From positions 12,648,001 through 12,712,000 of the forward strand of contig CM022672.1 of NCBI GenBank assembly GCA_012295275.1: a DNA stretch of 64,000 nt. The letters run 5' to 3'. How positions within the stretch are numbered: the stretch's first letter is position 1; each line of letters opens with the position of its first letter. The position numbers were made by a program, and so were the translations under genes. Source of the stretch: Chrysomallon squamiferum (Eukaryota > Animalia > Mollusca). The notes beneath the pieces were generated by a model. The model did no database searches, was not told the DNA's origin, and worked only from the letters and a program-made list of their open reading frames with translations. Below, in pieces: positions 14,425-28,972 of this stretch.

Positions 14425-14504
<80 letters not shown>

Positions 14505-15331
14505 AAGAAAAAAGAGTAGAGAGAGAGTGAATGAAAGAAAGAATGAAGTAAAGAGAAAAGAGCTGAGAAAAAGAAAGAGAGAGAAAAAACAAAAGAGTAT
14601 AAGATGGACAAAAAGGGGAGAAAAAGAAAGAAAAAGATAGAAAAAGTGAAAGAAAAGAAAGGAAAGCATTCAAAACAAAAAGATAGTTAAAAATGAAAAA
14701 AAAAAAAAAAAATAATAATAATAATATTAATAAATAAAAAAATAAATAAAGAGACACATATTAAAAAATTGTACAATAAAGATCTTATTCTTACAAATCA
14801 TTTATCTTTATCAACAACATAATCAACAACAGTAGTAAACAGCTGTATTTTTAATCAGTAAGATGGATTTTTTTTATATTTAAATAACATAGTGCAGCTT
14901 CTGTTTGCTTCAGTTATCGCGATATTGACTTTTATACAGAGTTATTTCAGAATTAATTATCTTTGCCTTACAAATTCATCTCACAACTGAAATCAGGTCA
15001 AATAGATACACTAGTAGTAAGCAGAACACTGTTTTTAAGTAAACAGAAAGCTTTCAGATCTAATTAATACATTTTTCATTATTCTAAAAATATAAAAGAA
15101 CTCCACAGAACAGCCTATAATGTTTTTTACTTCATCTTCTTCTTATTTTTTTTTTTCACCTTCTAAATTGGTTGGTTAAGTTATTAGGTACTGCCATGGA
15201 TAGATATATAATAATAAAAAAAAAAAAAAAAAACACCTAAAAAACAAAAAAAGTCAACAACAACAAAACCCATTATAGGTTGTTCGATTTATTTTTATAT
15301 TTTTGGAATAATGAAAAATGTATTAATTAGA

Positions 15332-15382
<51 letters not shown>

Positions 15383-15836
15383 CAGAATTGTACAATTATT
15401 TCAAAAGAATTTAAATTTTATGTAGGGCGACCCTTTGGGGTATTTAGCCTATGTTGGCGTATAATGTGTCTGTGTTTGGATATACATTCATTTTCGTGTA
15501 ATTACCTCCTCTCACGCCTGATTTTCAACAACGGTGATTACATATAAACAGGTGGAATTAACGAGTTTATCTTAGTGAGAACAAACAGTCTCACGTATAT
15601 TATTATTTGCTGAAGAGTAAATTCAATAACAATTACACATTTCTCTTTGTCTATCTCATTATATCAGTCTCTCTCTTTCTCTTTGTGTCTCAATCAGCAT
15701 GTGTGTCTCTCTCTCTCTCTCTCTCTTTCTCTCACACACACACACACACACACATACACAAACATACACACACACACACAGACAAATACACAAACATGCT
15801 TTCACACACAATATTTTAATCTCCAACAGTCTATGA

Positions 15837-16109
15837 CAGGGGTTTTCAAACTCTCCATCTCTCCACTCTCCGTCTCAAGACAGGGGGTCCGTGGACAGCG
15901 AATACTTTTTATGGGCAGTTTGATTTTATATATGTTTTTTAATCGAAATCTTTTTTCTTATATTTGTAAATGTGAGCGCATGAAATAACAGGTCAATAAT
16001 TTTGTAATATATCCTAATATATCCTAAATAAATGTAAAAATATATGTTATTTTAAGGTAAAGCCTGAAATATAAAGGGGTCCGCAAGTCAAAAAGTTTGA
16101 AAACCCCTG
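15837..16109. mobile_element. Non-autonomous hAT (Buster/Charlie-type) MITE, 273 bp
   Basis: Perfect 16-bp TIRs CAGGGGTTTTCAAACT / AGTTTGAAAACCCCTG, flanked by an identical 8-bp TSD GTCTATGA (15829-15836 and 16110-16117) with the central TA typical of Buster-group hAT targets. Internal GGGGTCCG motifs occur twice. Confidence 0.9.
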
Positions 16110-16277
16110 GTCTATGATACGACATTTTCAGCTGGTAACATACTACGTCTCAGCTTAAATCTCGCCCCTTTCCTGAACGTTAAGATTAGCCTAGATATCG
16201 ATCACTCAGCTTATGTTGGCTACAATTGGTGCATAAATCTTAAATAGGGTGGTACGTGCAGTTCTGCTTACAAAGCC

Positions 16278-16308
<31 letters not shown>

Positions 16309-16386
16309 CTACGCTTATCATCATAAAACGAACCCAATCCAAAACCTTTACTACTATTACTTTACTACTTTTCCAACTGTTACTTT

Positions 16387-16434
<48 letters not shown>

Positions 16435-17801
16435 TACTGTTGCTGTTACTGGTATTACTACCATCACTATTACTACTACTACTTCTTCTATTGCTACAAC
16501 TATTACCACTACTAGTACTACTAGATCTACAACTACTATTACTACATCACCTTAATAACTAACTAACTAACCAATTGAATAATAATGAAATGTAAATCAG
16601 ATGCTTGAATAAACGAGGTCACCAAAAGACGATATGTTATAGTAAAACGTAAGTGGTGTTTCCTTACAGATCTGCTGAAAGCTATCTGCTGTCCAGGATT
16701 ATGTGGTCATAAATAAACTTATCTGTGGAAGTGTCCACGAACGAAAATGAATATTTCATAAATAACCGGTGTGAACAATGAAAAACGTTTTACGTGTTAA
16801 CACCTGTGCTTTCTTATTCTTCATATTCATGCACTAAAAATAAATAAATGAATAAATTTAAATGAAAAAGAAGAAAAAGAAAAAACAAAGGGTGCAAAAT
16901 CGAATGAAACATCCTATGAATTATTCGTGCGTGCATGTGTGCATGTAAATATATCTGTGTATATATATGTTTGTTTATGTATGTATACATGTATGCATAT
17001 GTGTTTGTATGTATATACATATATATATATATATGAATGTGTGTATATGCGTGTATAATACATATTTGCATATATATATATATACACACACACGTTTGTA
17101 TGTATGTATGTATGTATGTATAAACATAAAAAGAACAAATCTGTATCTTCCAAGTTTGAATATGATTGTTTAGTTTTCTCTCTATCTAAATAGACAGATA
17201 AATAAACAAATAAACAAACAAACAAATAAATAAATAAATTAAATAAATAAAAACAACTCTTAATTAAACCAACACAAACAATATCCATTACTAAACAGCA
17301 GAAACAAGGGAACAATAATACTAACAAAAATAAAAATAAATAAATAAATAAAAAAGGAAAAAAGTAATACAAATATTAAAATTGAAAAAGAAAATCCTTT
17401 AATGAGTAATACCTTGCTTTAAAAAAATAAAATAAAAATAAAATAAATAAATAAAATAAAATAAATAAAAAAAAAAATTAAAATAATAATAATAATAATC
17501 ATAATAATAATAATAATAATAATAATAATTTTAAAAAAAAAAAAAGAATGAAAGAAAAAATAAATCTTCGTTCTCTCGAGAGGCAGACGAGATGTTTGCC
17601 CGTGAGACAGACTTGCACTTACGGCAAATATGGCGGTTGTTAGTGTCGAACTAATTAAATATGACCTTTCGTTAAGTTCAAACAGTGACTTCTAGGTCAG
17701 AGTGACAAACGTGTAAGAACATGTTAAGTACAAACTAACACAATATTAGTTACAAGAAGAAACTTTGTAGAACATTACGATACATTATTTCCGAATTTTG
17801 A

Positions 17802-17855
<54 letters not shown>

Positions 17856-20135
17856 GATGATGATGATGATGAATAATGATAATAATAATGATAATAATAA
17901 TAATTAATTATTATTATTATTGTTATTATTAACTTTTATTATGTATAAACAACGTTTTATTTCGCTAATACGTTGTTTTTTTGTTTTTTTTTTTTAAAGG
18001 AGAGGGAAGAAAGCTGAATTTCCACTTTATTGAAAGTATATAAAAAAGAAAAGCAGAAAAAGAAGAGGAAGGAAAATAAGAAAGATGATGATGATGATAC
18101 TTATTTAAACAAACTCAAAAGAATTATTGTAACTTGACAGTACTTTCTGACTGAAGACTTGGTCTGTTTAGAATATGTGCTTCAATAGGCTATTTTAAAA
18201 TGGAACTTTCTGTCTAGCCACCCACTCAGAGTATATTAATCACAACGACAATAATGACTGAGATAATTAATTAATTAATAGCATATGCACACACACACAA
18301 ACAACTTGTGAAAAAAAGTAGTTGTTTTTTTTTCTATTTCTTTTGCATTAGTATAAGCAAACAGTATTAAGGTAAAGTGACAAACAAAACTGAAGTGTCA
18401 TACAGATATTGTTTATTTATAAAAAAAAAAAAAAAAATCTGAAACAGGACATATTTTTATTATTATTTCAAACAGTACAATTCAACATTTTTTTGTCAAA
18501 AATAACGCAAATAATTCATTTTTCAAAAATAAATATGAATCACTAATGGACTAATAATAAAAATCAATTTTTGGAAACAAAATATATTACCTACATATTT
18601 CTTTTAAACAGTAACAAGATCTTTTAAGATTATATTAAAATATACCACTGATTCTTAAAATAAGACACAAAAATTCACAGCAGTATCCACTTTTTAAAAT
18701 ATGTATATACATTAAAAAAAAAAAAGTCAGCAAAAATAGGCTTTTATTTAAAATATAAAACAATATCACAGCAATCATTATTTCACAAAGTGGAATATCT
18801 CTATCAAAAACTAAAATAGAAAAATGATACCAAATCCTTAAGTATTTATCTATGGGATGAACCATTAGCTGAAATACACTTGCTAAAGTAAGATATTATA
18901 TTTATTACTCAACTCCAATCTTTGCTAAAAATGAAGTACAGTAATAATAATATAACAAGTGGACGGAGATTCATGAAGGTTCGGAGCAGCCTTCATATAT
19001 TTGTATATTAAAAATAGTTTTATATTACAGTTACTTTTGGCATTATCGTCAGGAGACATTAGAAGTTTTAAAACAGATGTACTGGCCCATATTTAACATA
19101 GATCTGTCATTCAGGGTGCTTACACCACTCATGTTTCAAGTAAACCCAATCCATATGTATGATCACATAAAACAGGAATACATTATCTATTTTTATTTGC
19201 AAGAAAGGAAGGCAGAAGTCAATTTGAACAAAAAGATACATTTTGATAGGCAGGAAGGTGACGACTATAAGACGGATATAAATTGAGAAATATGCATATA
19301 ATTTGTATATAGATATTGATAGTCACACATATAAACATACATAATCTAACATATTTAGATACATATAAATATATCTACATACCTACCTACATTTATACAT
19401 GCATGCATGCAAGAACAAATACACACACACTGAGACAATCACATTTACAAATGCATACACACACACACTCACATACATATATATAGTTTATATAATTATA
19501 TAAATATGGTACATTGACACATAGGTAGCTAGCTGGCCAGGTAAACAAAGAAATAGATAAGTACACAGGTATGAATTAAACATGATATATAATAAATACA
19601 AACAAGTTTTATTTTATGACTTTAACAATAGCCAGAAAATAACAATTTTTATTTTAATACTCACAAAAACTTTACTGTCATCAGACAAACCAAATTACTA
19701 AAAATAATATTAAAAATAGAAAAAAAAAAAAAAAAATAATAATAATTTTATTTCTTTATTATGTACAATACAAAACCATGACAATGAAAAATATTATAAC
19801 TGTAGTAAAACAGACTTTTTGCTGCCTTCGTCTCTTCATTTGGACAGTGTTTGGTCTAAGATAAAGAAAATAAAACAATCTCAGTTACAGTATGTATATA
19901 TATTGTGATATGAACGCAGTGTGCACATTTACAAGTGACGGTGAACCGAAGTATAAGTGAATCTTGAAGTAACTCGATATTAAATAAAAATTAAAGTTAA
20001 ACTCTTACTATAAAGATTTAATAATTTTTTTTTAATAGAAATACAACTTTAAATAAGTAAAATGTGCAATATAAAGTGCATTTATGAATAATAATATTAA
20101 TTACAATAATAATAATAATAGTGGATTTAATAGCC

Positions 20136-20172
<37 letters not shown>

Positions 20173-20900
20173 CAATAATAATAATTTGTAGTGGTAATAG
20201 TAATAACAGTAATAATAATGATAGTAATAATAGCAGCAATAGTAGCACTAGTAATAATTAATAATAACAGTATTATTAATAATAATTCAACTACCTCTAT
20301 AAAAAAATCAAAAAAAAATCTATATACTATATATCAACTACATTAAATGATTATAAATGAAATAATTACAATAAATAATGCCATTACCAAACATAACAGA
20401 AATATTTGTTTATATAGACATTCTCTCTATGTAACATTATTTTTGTGAGTTTGTGCAAAAATGAAACAATTAATAACATTCAGTGAGAATTATTTTAAAA
20501 ATGTAGCAGTAGTTTATCATTACACAGTATTTTAAATATGCATTAAAGACTATTTTAAAATCCCAATATTTTATTTGAAAACCTTAAAAAATATTTTCAA
20601 GGGCATCAAATATCAAGATGGAATGAAACTAAAAGCAGACTAGTGTGAGAATTAGCAGTTTATTTATGTAACTTGCTATTATTTTCTTAAATAAATAAAA
20701 AAACAAGAATAATAATTAGTTGAGATTTGTTTTGAAAGAAAGTAATTCTACATGTAAAAGCATACAAGTCTAAATGTAGTTTAAATAAGATATTTTGTTA
20801 TGTTTTAGACAGAATACTAAAATATTAAAGTTTGAAGAAAATAGCTGTTCTATAAAATTCTCTATTTATTATATCTTGTCTCAAATTATGAAAATAATAA

Positions 20901-20937
<37 letters not shown>

Positions 20938-22019
20938 GTAGCTGTAATATTAATAATAAAAATAGTTTAGTAGAAGTAGTAATTTAAATAAATAAATAAA
21001 TAAAAAAATTTATTGAAATTCCTTGTTTCAACAGCATGTTCCAAAACAATTTTGCTCTTAACATAATTTAAGATCTAGACAGTTAAAAATACAGAAAGGT
21101 TTTGAATACATCTGACAGGAAAATTTTGTTACAGAAAATTATAAAGTTAACTAGCATCTTACTGGCACTGGTCATAGCTGTAGTAATTTTCAAATTCCAG
21201 CTTGATGTATGCTATTAATTAGCTAAGGATATTTAAAATCCTTTTGTTTTTAGCTTTTAAAACTGGTACAAATTATAATCTTTACCTCCATAATGAGGAT
21301 TATGTTTCTCTGCAAACAGACAGTTTCATTTATATATGAATTAATAAATTAATAAAATTTGGTATCGGTATTGATTTAAACATGACATGAAAAGTAAATA
21401 ACCTTTCGTACATTTTCAAATAATCGTTAATCAGCAGTTTAATAACTGAAGAATTACACTAATTATTTGTTCTATGACAGTTATTTTATGATATTTATCT
21501 ATTCAGTAATAGGTATATTATGCTACTTGTCTACTCAGTAATGGATATATTACGTTATGTGTTTGATAATAAATGAATGACACTATTAATATATTCAGTA
21601 ACATATGTACTTAACTGCTTACAGGCATTTTAGTCATGAATGACAATGGTGTGTGTACATTACATTAATTTAAAATAAACTGTAATATACATACATATAT
21701 ATATATTTAGGTACTCAAAAATCCAAAATTAATCTGTTTTCAGCCTTACAAATTATGGATAGTGTAACAATTTTTCTATTTAAAAACTATTTTAAATAAA
21801 ATTAAAAATAAACAAACAAATAAATAAATAAATAAATAAATATATACAAAAAAAAATAATTTTTTTTTAAAAATTAAAAATATATAAAACGCCCCCACTA
21901 AATAGTAACACTTAATAGCCACAACTCGACTAACACATTTCCCTTCTATTCAAAACATATCTCTCCACCTTCCCCACTAAAACCACGTTAATTATCATCA
22001 TCCTCATCTCTGACATTAT

Positions 22020-23055
22020 TCATTTATTCTTTTTGCTCTTTGCACCTTTTGTTCTTGGTGATTTCTTTTCATCTTTTTTTGTTTCCTTCGCTGTTGGTTG
22101 GGAAGTACCACTGACACTGGGAGCTGGAGAGACGGAGATCTGAGAGTAGCTGTCGGAAGCATCTTTACATTTCTCTATATGTTTTTCCAAATGCCTCAGC
22201 TTTTCCTGGGCCTTGGTGAGCTTAATCTCTAACGTGGATGCTTTCTCCTCAGCAAGCTGGGCTCTCTCTTCTGTCAGTCTGTAGAACAAAACATTTTAAA
22301 TAAGTTTATAAAATAAAGCTGAGGGTTAAAAAAAAAAAAAAAAAATGTCTCAACATGATACATTAGTTATAAAAACAGCCACTATGGGAAGAATTTATAT
22401 ATATATATATCAACAAAAAAACAATTTGAATATGAAAAAAAAAAAAAAAAAAAAAAATAAATAAAATAAACAAAAAATGAAATAATAATGTCATCATTAT
22501 CATTATCATGATCATCATCAACAGTATTATTGTCATTATCATTATCATCATTATCATAATTATAATTATTATCATCCTTTGTAGTCCTCAGAGCTACACC
22601 TAAATATATAGATTTTCTTAATGTTATCATCATCTCTGTTATCATCAATGATAATTACGAATACAGTTTTAGGTATCTTTTTACCCCAAACTGAGTCATT
22701 TCAGTGACTAGGAAATTTTGTCACTGTCTGCTCAGAGAGTTTTTGATAGTAATACCATGTTACAAAAGTGGCATCATTATTAACAGTAACACATCCATTT
22801 ATTTAGTATTAATTATGCAGAATGGTGCCTGTTACCATGACAACTTACAGAAGCTGGTTTTGGAGTTGATGCACAGCAGTAAGTGCCTCGAAAGCTCTTT
22901 TGGTATCCAGATTTGACATACTTGACACAGTAGTATCAAGATCAGCTTTCTGTGTGTATATATATAAATAAATAAAGCTCAGTTATGACAGTCATTAAGT
23001 ATGTAAATAAATAAAGTTACATTCTTGATTATTACATTATTATTTATTTATTATA

Positions 23056-23097
<42 letters not shown>

Positions 23098-26000
23098 TAT
23101 TAAACAAACATGATATTAATATTCATAAAATTATTTTACTGTAATAATTTAATTGCAATAAATAATGTTTTATTTAATTTTTAATTACAATTAAATAAAT
23201 ATATAGACATGATATTAATATTACTGTTATGATTTAAATGCAATAACATAAACAAACTTCATATTAATGCTATATGTACATTCAATAAATAAACTTCAAA
23301 TTATTATTTTTATAATACAAATGTATGTCAACAATTGAGCTCAGTATAAAATTGTTGCTTTATAATGAAGTAAATAAACTATTTTAATATCATATCTGTG
23401 ATACATTTGTAAATCAATAATAAATCTTGTCAGTTTTAATATCATAATTATAATTATTATTATCCTTTCTGGTTCTTGGACTTATACCTAAATATAAAGA
23501 CTTTCTTACCATTATCATCATCTCTATTATAATTAATGATGATTAAAAATATAATATTACTTACTATATATATAACATACTCTTAGTAACAGTTACATTA
23601 AAAGAAAGATGTGTCAAAGGCTAACAGTGTTCTTACATGGCTGTCTAATTTCAGTGATTCCAAGTGCACATTGCTGTCTGAGCCAAGAATTTCAACAAAA
23701 TCAGACGAGCCCTATTAATTAAAAGTTATAACATAATTTTAAAATATATCTGAATAAAAATAAATAACAATAACAACAACAACAACAAAATAATAAAATA
23801 AAGTAGCTGGAATACTACTACTACTACAAATACAACTACTAATAGTACTACTAATAACATATTAACAAATAATATTACCATTAATACTAATGTTCTAATA
23901 CTACTTTTTAACTTGTATTTTTAATTTTATTCTTATTTTTAAAATATTCATTCATTCAATTTTATTTACTCATGCACACACACACACACATAAATAAAAA
24001 AGTCACTGTACTGTATGAAAATCATCTTCTTTCTCCTCTGGAATACTTTCTCTGCTCTTTTCTTTGCCATCAACTTGTTCTTCTGATGCCTTTACCAGTA
24101 AAATGTCTGGAATATCAGATGGTGGCTTAGCAGTTTTTGGGCCTCATCTCGTTTTTGCTCATCTTTTTGCTGTTCAGCTGTGGCTGGCTCTTCTGTTTCT
24201 GGAGTTATTGGCATTTCTGCAGATTTGGGTGTTTCTGTAGATTTGGGTGTTTCTGCAGGTTTGGGTGTTTCTGCAGGTGTGGGTGTTTCTGCAGGTTTGG
24301 GTGTTTCTGCAAGTGTTTGTTCTTCGACAGGTTTTTCTGTTTCACCAGACTGCTCAGGTTCAGTTTCTTTGGATTCACCAGATGTGTCAGACACTGATGA
24401 TTCAGCTGGATGACCTCTTTCTTCTTGTTTTGCAGCTTCTTTGATGTCAGAGTCTTCAGTTTCCTCTTCAGTCTGAGAGAAAATGAAAACATTCTCAGCT
24501 TTACTCTGAATTAAAAACCTCACTTACTGATAAACATTACAGTCACACTGATGAATCAGTATAGACTCAGTTATTGATGAATTAAAACAATCACACTTAC
24601 TGATGATTACAGTCATATTTACTGATGAATCATTAGTCACACTTACTGATGAATCAAGTCATACTTACTAATGAATCATTAGTCATACATATTGATGAAT
24701 CATTAGTTGCAATTGCTGATGAATCAAGTCATACTTACAGATGAATCAATACAGCCATACTTACTGATGAATCATTAGAGACGTATTTATTGCTGAATCA
24801 TTACAGTCATACTTACTGATGAATCATTACTGTAACACTTACTGATGAATCATTACAGAAACACTTACTGATGAATCATTACAGTAACACTGATTAATCA
24901 TCACAGTCATAATTATTAATGAATCATTACAGTCATAATTACTGATGAATCATTACAGTCACACTTACTGATTTCTTCTTTTTACTTGCTGGGGTGCTAT
25001 CCCTGCTTCTTCCAGTATCATCACTCATGGTTCCTTCTCGGCTGCCAAGGATCTGAGATTTCTGTGAGTCACTACTCGTGTCCTGAGTACTGACTGCGGT
25101 CAGACGAACGGGAAACAGTTCCTGTCTTGTCATACCAGTCAGCTGACTCATCATGATCTGAGCTGTGTGGATCCACTCAGTATATTCTCTCTGTTTTTAA
25201 ATAAAGTGTCAGCAACTTGTTAGGGTTGAAATCTGAAAACTGCTGGTGTTAACTGATGGACTTTGATACACAGCTTTAAAAATCTCTGTTAGCTAACCTT
25301 GCTATGAATTGAAATGTTTTATAGATTAGAAAAGGAATTTTATCTTTTGTATTTGTTTTTCCATATGTCTGGGTAAAAAATAAAATAATACTTTTAGTTT
25401 ATGTGGTAAATGCTGTCAGATAAAGTCAACTGCATGATTCATAGACACTGGTCAAATATGTATAAAACATAAATACTCTTTCCTTTGGATCTTCTAACCT
25501 TTTGATTTTTAAATCCCAAAATTGTTTAATCAAGATCCATTAAACTGAGGGTTGACTGTATTGTTAATTAATTCTTCAGTCTCTGAACTATTTTTTCAAA
25601 AACTGTTATTGCCAAAAAGATGAAGCCCGCATAAAGTGGTATCTTACCTTCAGTCTTTTGAGTTCATTCATTTCAAACTCAGCATTTTCCTCCATGTTGC
25701 CCTGTCTTATTCTAGTGTTTTCCATGACAATTCCATTACAACACCTGAATAAAAACAAAAATTAGATACTTAATACTTCAGTAGAATGCAGCTCACAGCT
25801 TAGATAATCTAATTATATATCTAGTAAATAATTGTAAAATCTGACTTTTGATGTGTTTTCAATAACAATTTTACAGGCATATACTCTGATAATGCTAAGG
25901 TTCACTGCACACCCACCAAATATAGTAAATGTACCAGATATTTTAAGCTCCCCCAATAACGTAATTATGGATTATAATGGGGAAACTAATTTTTCTATTC

Positions 26001-26644
26001 CCTGTTATTTAATATTTTTGCAGTTGTTTCGACATAGCATTGTAAATCACATGGATAGTTGTATTGTGATAGGGCATGGGGTAGATGATGGGATAATGGA
26101 GAGTGACCAAAATAAGTAAAATGAAGTGAAAGAAGATGAAGTAAAATAATTCTAATGATATCAAGTAAAATGAAGTGAAATAATGCTAATGAAATGAAGT
26201 AAAATGAAGTTTTTTAAGTATAATGAAATGAAGTAAAATAAGTATAATGAAATGAAGTAAAGTGAAATGAAAAAATATTAATGAAATGAAGTGAAACAGT
26301 GACAGTGAAATGAAGTAAAACAATGTGAAATAATGTCTATGAAATGAACAAAAATTAAGTTAAATAAGGATAAAGAATAATACTGAAAAGAGTTTTGTTA
26401 TTACTTACAGTGTGACATAATTAGAAAACTGCTCAAGATTTTCAAACAGTGTTTTTGCAGTCTCAGTGAGCTGTGGTATTGTAAGGCTGCCCAGTAAGGT
26501 GAATTCTTCAGCTTCATTAGAGTTACCTTCCTTGCTTGGTGCCACACGAAGCAACATCTGAATCATCCATCTGACCATTTCAGAGTGAAGAGAAGAGACC
26601 TGAAAATAAAATGAAATAAAATGAAGTGAAAAAAAAATTAATAA

Positions 26645-26679
<35 letters not shown>

Positions 26680-27757
26680 ACGTGTGTGTTTTGTTTTATG
26701 CTGGAGTTAGCATAAAATTTTATTTATTAAAATGACCAATTTTAAAATTTTGTTATTAATTATCATTTTAGCTAAGTTTTCTTGTACTCTGATATGAAAG
26801 ACGAAAGTCAAAGTCTTTATTTTGTGAATGACATGAAAAGAGTTTAATATTGACACATTATCACAATTATTTACCTGTTATTTAACATACAGAATATATT
26901 TGAAAATTATGTTATCAAGTTTTTGTTTGTTGACCACCTTTTAAACAGTCTGCAGAATTCAACCAAATTATCACTTGATTCACAGAAATTCCTCTTTATT
27001 AATTAGATTTGACTATTAAAATAATAAAACTTTTATTGTTATATCTTACCTGTTCTACAAGTTTGGCGTCTTCACTGTCTATAGCACTGTTAACTCTGGA
27101 TGCCCAAAGTTGTGCTTTTCTGATTGCTTCATGGGGATCAATCCTAAACAGTAAATAAAATAATATAAAATTTTAACATGGACATGAAACACATATTTGT
27201 GTTTTCATTAAAGTATGTAAACCTATGGGAATCTAGTTAAGAAAAAATGAAAAATAATATAAATACTTTATGTATATAATAATACATTCCAAAATACTTA
27301 AATCTTCTAATCACTCAATTGGAAATTACATCTGTTTGGCAAATGAATATACACACTTGGTACTGGTACTATTGTTTAAACAGTCCTACATTCAGTTTAC
27401 TGACCTAGCCTTTGCTAATTATAAAGTCTGACAATAACAACAAAACCTCCATAGACTGAATGTATCACTGAAATGTTGTTTCTATTTATATGTACAGAAT
27501 TTTATTTCACTACTGATGAGCAAAGTTAACAAATATGGATCACCATGTATAAAGCAGTTACTTGTATACAAACAGAAAGGTTTTAGATTATATGTTCATT
27601 GCATGTAAGTTACAAAGTCAAAAGTAGTTCAAATGAAGGTAACAAATAAAGACAACACAGTATACATCTACATGTATTTGTACAAAACTACACATACTCA
27701 CACAATACATAGATTTATGTATGTATGTGTGCATATGTGTGTGTGTGTATGCATGTT

Positions 27758-27795
<38 letters not shown>

Positions 27796-27930
27796 TGTGT
27801 GTATCATGTAGTGTGTGTCTTTTTCAATGTCTGTGTATGTGTCGTTGTCTGAGTGTGTATGTTCACACATTCACTCACTTCTCTAATATATTTCAATTTG
27901 AAGTATATGTGTGTGGTGTGTGTGTGTATG

Positions 27931-27962
<32 letters not shown>

Positions 27963-28939
27963 CCTTGAGTGTGGCTTGCTTTCTTTCTGTTGATCGATCC
28001 TCAGTGTGCTGCCTGAGTACTGCAGAGCCATGTCGAGAGTGTTGCGCCAGTCATCGAGAACGGCAAAGAAACTGTCCCAGTCGGAATCTCGAAGCACATT
28101 CACGCCATTCATACAAGATGAAATCCTCACACTCCAGTACTCTGAAGCATTTACCAGGTTGATGAGACTGTTCACCAAACCTGAAGAGATGACAATGAAT
28201 TTTATTAATAAAGAAAATGACCAAGTTCACAAAATGGGATGGAAGTATAAGAGAAATGGTAAGAACGAAAAAAAAAAGGATTGTAATGTGAAGGGAAAAA
28301 AAAAGAAGGGAAAAAACAAAAAAATGCTTGTCAAAAGTAAAATGTAGTACAGGATGAGGACTGTAAACAAATTTATGAAAAATTATGCAAGGATGTGAGG
28401 CAGAATACAAAACAGTATGAAAGGATAAAGATGATGCAAAAGGATATGATAGATTAGACTGAATTATAAGAGAGGAAACAATACAAAAGGACAGAAATGG
28501 ATTTAAAATGATACAGTCTGTCACAGTCTGTCAAAAAATCGAAATAAAAAGAAGCAATCTCTTGTTTGAATCCCACCATTTTCTCCAGTAACTCTTGTGT
28601 GAAACTGCTTCAGCAATTTCTCAACTTCCTTTGAATTAAAAAGAAAAAGAAAAAAGAAGTTAAATTCACAAATGTAAGTAAAATAAAATTTGTATTAAAG
28701 TCTACATTGCATAAAAATTTACGTGTCTGCTTATACACAGTTCAAAAACACACATAAACACATACAAAATTGATCAAAATAGACATACAAAACACACACA
28801 CACACACAAATACATCTAATAAATATATATTTTTTATTAAATATTTAAAATAAACAATAATTTAAAAAAAAAATAAGACAAAATTTAAATTAAAACAAAA
28901 CAACAAATAATAATACCAAAAAAGAAGAATAAAACAAAT

Positions 28940-28972
<33 letters not shown>

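Noticed and set aside
89-20248. Numerous ORF-track peptides (poly-I, CV, SL, RE, T, YLSI runs)
   Set aside because: These are translations of microsatellites and low-complexity DNA, with no protein-like content or splice support.
24131-24143. Canonical programmed -1 ribosomal frameshift site
   Set aside because: CCCAAAA is not in the X_XXY_YYZ register of the entering frame, and no obvious downstream stimulatory structure is seen; a sequence error is more parsimonious.
24137-24492. Overlapping antisense and alternative-frame ORFs (CRFGCF, GVSAGL, LQVWVF, LQKHPN repeats)
   Set aside because: These are by-products of the 18-bp stop-free coding repeat in AXDND1.
24518-24960. Many TGATGA/CTGA motifs suggesting a C/D snoRNA cluster
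   Set aside because: They are part of a 26-bp minisatellite on the non-transcribed strand, with no guide regions or terminal stems.
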